NCBI GenBank assembly: GCA_963732385.1
Contig: CAVSZB010000007.1
Location: 800,001 to 864,000, forward strand
DNA: 64,000 bases
Reading direction: 5' to 3'
Source: an uncultured bacterium
GTDB lineage: Bacteria; Krumholzibacteriota; Krumholzibacteriia; LZORAL124-64-63
Below, one piece after another: positions 61,074 through 64,000 of the stretch. The position numbers were made by a program, and so were the translations under genes. The notes below the pieces were generated by a model. That model saw only the letters and a list, made by a program, of their open reading frames with translations, was not told the origin of the DNA and did no database searches. The stretch's first letter is position 1; each line of letters starts with the position of its first letter.

Positions 61074-61102
61074 AATATAGCCGTCCCCCCGCGGCATGTC
61101 AA
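61074..61102 (-). promoter_or_regulatory. Sigma70-type promoter for tRNA-Asp
   Basis: TTGACA-17 nt-TATATT. Confidence 0.75.
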
Positions 61103-61115
61103 CCGGCCCACCGCC

Positions 61116-62603
61116 TCAGGCCGGATCGCCGGTCAGGGCGTTCAGCAATTCTCCGTCCAGATCGGGAGCGAACGTCAGCCGCCACCCCTCGGGCAGCACC
61201 TCCCGCAGGTCGTCAGGCAGGGAGGGATGACCCAGGGCAAGACAGCCGCCCGACGGCCCGAGGAAATCGGCACGCCGCAGGCAGGCCAGGCGATCCGGAG
61301 CCAGAGGTCGATGTGAGGTGACCAGCAGCGCCTCCGAGGCCGCCGCGAGAGTGCCGTCGACGATCGCCTCAAGCGTGAAACGGCTCCGCAGACTCGCCAC
61401 GCAAGGCGCTGCCTCCCCCCAGCGATCACCCGCCGTGACGTCGAGCCAGAGTATTCTCCGTGCGCCGCCAGGGAACGGATTCCCGCCCACAGACGCCGCA
61501 ATTCTTTGCCAGACTTCACGGTAGATTGGCGAGCCAGGCAGGCGATCCGGTCCGGTCCCGGCCTTGTCCATTTCCGGCGCCGGTCCCTCGGACGGACCGT
61601 CGTCCGGAAAAGCCTCCCACGGGATGCCCCGGCAGAGCAGGCGGTCGCAGCCAGCCTGCGCGATGGCCGCCAGCCAGGCGCGGGACAGCGACGCCGGATC
61701 GAACATTCCGTGGACGTCGGACACGGGCGGAGCCACGCCGCGAGCCGCCAGCGCCGGTCCGAGCGCGGCCATGGTCACATCATCGGCGTAGAGGCGCAGG
61801 GCGCGGCCCGTGGCCAGAGCGCGCAGCCGCGCCAACGCGCCGGGATCGAGCGTGGCGGGAGGCCGCGAAGCAGCGTTCACCTCCGCCACGCCGGGCGCCC
61901 GGGGATCCGCCAGATGACCGACCATGACCGCGTCGGCCCCCACCGCGAACCCGGCCACGAAAGGCGCGTCGAGCGCGCCGGCGGCCGTATCAACGGCGGC
62001 GAGGTGGCTGTCGCCCGTGGTGCCCCCGTGTCCGGGCCAGTGTTTCAGGCAGACCTCCATTCCCCCCTCGCGCAGGCCGGTCACCGCGGCCGCCACCTGG
62101 GTCGCCACCAGGTCGCTTGCGGCCCCGAAGGCCCGCACGCCGATCACCGGATTGCGGCGCTCGACCAGCACGTCCGCGCAGGGAGCCAGCACGCGCGTGG
62201 CGCCGGCCGTCCGCAGACGAGCGGCGCTTTCGGCATGCACCCGGCGGGTCAGGTCGGCGTCGGCGAGCAATCCCAGTCCCCACGGCGCGGGCGGCCGACC
62301 CGCAGCAGCGGCCAGGACCGAAATCGGCCCCCCCTCGTGATCGACCGCGATCTCGGCGTGGCCGCCCAGGCAGGAGCGCACGGCGGCGCCCAGCGCCTGC
62401 ACCTGCGCCAGATTCAACACGTTGCGGGCGAACAGGATCACGCCGGCGGGGCGCCAGCGTTCCAGCCAGGCCGCTTCGCGAGCGCTCAAACCAGGCCCGG
62501 CCAGACCGACGACCAGACGTCCGGCCAGCGCCGCCGGAGCAACGGGAAATCGCGGCGGCCGCGGGGCCTCGCCGCCCCGGGCGGAATTCCCGGCCTCGCT
62601 CAC
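61116..62603 (-). CDS. GH3 beta-N-acetylhexosaminidase (NagZ-like) with C-terminal extension
   Basis: GVILFARN, VDHEGG, KHWPGHG...DSH, VMVGH, DDVTM; GTG overlaps upstream stop. Confidence 0.82.
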   Translation of the reverse strand: MSEAGNSARGGEAPRPPRFPVAPAALAGRLVVGLAGPGLSAREAAWLERWRPAGVILFARNVLNLAQVQALGAAVRSCLGGHAEIAVDHEGGPISVLAAAAGRPPAPWGLGLLADADLTRRVHAESAARLRTAGATRVLAPCADVLVERRNPVIGVRAFGAASDLVATQVAAAVTGLREGGMEVCLKHWPGHGGTTGDSHLAAVDTAAGALDAPFVAGFAVGADAVMVGHLADPRAPGVAEVNAASRPPATLDPGALARLRALATGRALRLYADDVTMAALGPALAARGVAPPVSDVHGMFDPASLSRAWLAAIAQAGCDRLLCRGIPWEAFPDDGPSEGPAPEMDKAGTGPDRLPGSPIYREVWQRIAASVGGNPFPGGARRILWLDVTAGDRWGEAAPCVASLRSRFTLEAIVDGTLAAASEALLVTSHRPLAPDRLACLRRADFLGPSGGCLALGHPSLPDDLREVLPEGWRLTFAPDLDGELLNALTGDPA

Positions 62604-64000
62604 GGGTGCGCCGCTCCTGACGCCGGGTCGACCGCGATCGCCGGCAACGGGGCCAGCTCCGCACCCGGATAGTAGTGGGCCAGGATCTGGCCGGCCGTGA
62701 AACCGCGACGCGACATGCCGATCGCGCCGGTCTGACACATGCCGACCCCGTGACCGAAGCCGCGACCGTACGCTGCGATCCGCCGCGGGCGCCCATCACG
62801 ATCGGTTTCGACATGCAGACGGAAGAGGGCGCTCCAGAGCGAGCCGCGGTTTCCGGGCAGACGCAGCACGGAGCGCACCCGATCGCCCCGCACGTGGTAG
62901 ACGCCGGCGTCGGTGCTTACCTCGAGTTGCGCCACGCGACCGCAGGAGGTGCGCGCGCGCACGGCCAGCCCCAGCAACCGCCCCGGCCGGGACGGACCGG
63001 CACCGCCGGCGCGTGGCGTGAAGACGACGCCGGCCCAGGCGGCGCGGCGCGGATCGCCCATGTCTTTCACATATTCCGGGAGCGTGCGCTGCAGGATCTG
63101 CTCCAGGTCGCCGGCGCTCCACTGCTCCCGCCAGGCGAAGCGGGGCGCGGCGGCGCAGAAAGAGTTCGCGCCGTCGCGCGGCGCGTCCCGGAGGCCGCGC
63201 AGGTAGGGACGTGCATCGCGCGCCCACACCTCTTCGCAGGCGGCGGTGCGTCCGCCGCAGGTGGACGAATAATACGCCTCGATTTCCCGGCCACCGTACC
63301 GCAGCACCAGCCCGGCGGTGCGGGCGATGGCGGCGTCGCAGGTGGCGTCCTCGCCCGCCAGCCCTTCGTAGAGCTGATCGCGAATGTCCCCCCAGAGATC
63401 GAAACCGAGATCCGCGTGCTGCCCGCGGTGGAAAACCGTGTAGGTGCGCGCCGCAATCGCCTGCGCCTCGATCGCCGCCGCGGCCTGGGGGCCGAGCCGC
63501 CCGATTTCCCCCGGCACGACGCCCCGCAGGTACTCCTCCAGATCGATCGCGTTGATCATCAGCATCCCGCCCGGACGCCCGCGCACCACCAGAGCCCCGC
63601 GATAGCGCGCCTTGCCCCAGGCCACCACCTCCGCGGCGGCGTCCGCACGCAGCATCACCGCATCGGCATTGCCGACGGTCCCGCCGACCTGCCACCGCAC
63701 CCCGCGTCCGGCGGCGAACAGTTCTGCCCCCGCCCCTCCATCGAGCCGTGCCAGACGCGTGGTCCCGTCACCGTCCAGCAGCCAGGCACCGCCGCGGCAC
63801 GACAGCGTCGCGCGTGGCACCCCGTCGGCCAGACCGATCCGGACCAGCGGGGTCTCCTGCCGTGACGCCACGGGGCGAGGCGGCAGGGCCGCCTCGAGAT
63901 CGGGCCACTCCGGGCCGGGCGTATCGGGGTATTCCGGCTCGCCGGCCGGCGAGGTGATCGGCTCCAGGTCGGGCCAGGACGGTCCCGGCTCGGCGACCAC
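62600..64000 (-). CDS. SpoIID/LytB domain lytic transglycosylase-like protein (5' end outside window)
   Basis: LEEYLRGVVPGE, AQAIAARTY, DQLY, YSSTCGG, GFGHGVGMCQ, ILAHYYPG. Confidence 0.92.
   Translation of the reverse strand: MVAEPGPSWPDLEPITSPAGEPEYPDTPGPEWPDLEAALPPRPVASRQETPLVRIGLADGVPRATLSCRGGAWLLDGDGTTRLARLDGGAGAELFAAGRGVRWQVGGTVGNADAVMLRADAAAEVVAWGKARYRGALVVRGRPGGMLMINAIDLEEYLRGVVPGEIGRLGPQAAAAIEAQAIAARTYTVFHRGQHADLGFDLWGDIRDQLYEGLAGEDATCDAAIARTAGLVLRYGGREIEAYYSSTCGGRTAACEEVWARDARPYLRGLRDAPRDGANSFCAAAPRFAWREQWSAGDLEQILQRTLPEYVKDMGDPRRAAWAGVVFTPRAGGAGPSRPGRLLGLAVRARTSCGRVAQLEVSTDAGVYHVRGDRVRSVLRLPGNRGSLWSALFRLHVETDRDGRPRRIAAYGRGFGHGVGMCQTGAIGMSRRGFTAGQILAHYYPGAELAPLPAIAVDPASGAAHP

Overview
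This is a high-GC bacterial chromosomal segment, densely coding and almost entirely on the minus strand. It consists largely of core housekeeping genes: rplM-rpsI-rpsB-tsf-pyrH-frr-uppS-cdsA-dxr-rseP; recJ-rel-dtd/maf-mtnA; rnpB, RNase HI and a zinc-ribbon protein; yqeY-cvpA-mutS2-dnaG-rpoD; lepA-lepB-hemW-hrcA-grpE-dnaK-dnaJ-rsmE; glmM-glmS-ridA; a histidine kinase/receiver pair; galE, uvrA and mazG; two CNNM proteins; an LPS cluster (GT9, waaA, radical SAM); queE-queC; an M49 peptidase; and spoIID-like plus nagZ-like genes. There are six tRNA genes, including tRNA-Sec. The LPS and Omp85 genes and the rplM-rpsI-rpsB-tsf order suggest a diderm of the FCB group (inference, not tested). I found no mobile element, prophage, CRISPR array or defence island, and no large novel multi-gene system that I can support. 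The best leads are smaller: an in-frame Dtd-Maf fusion; a RecJ starting with a beta-clamp-like QLEFDF motif; an RNase HI with an extra HTH-like N-terminal domain; a terminator-like hairpin inside the rplM leader; an hrcA operon without a canonical CIRCE; an atypical operon-embedded tRNA-Sec; a radical SAM gene in the Kdo/heptose operon; and an apparently inactive zinc-peptidase-like lipoprotein. Many start codons were reassigned by eye, and all family calls come from motif recognition, not database searches.
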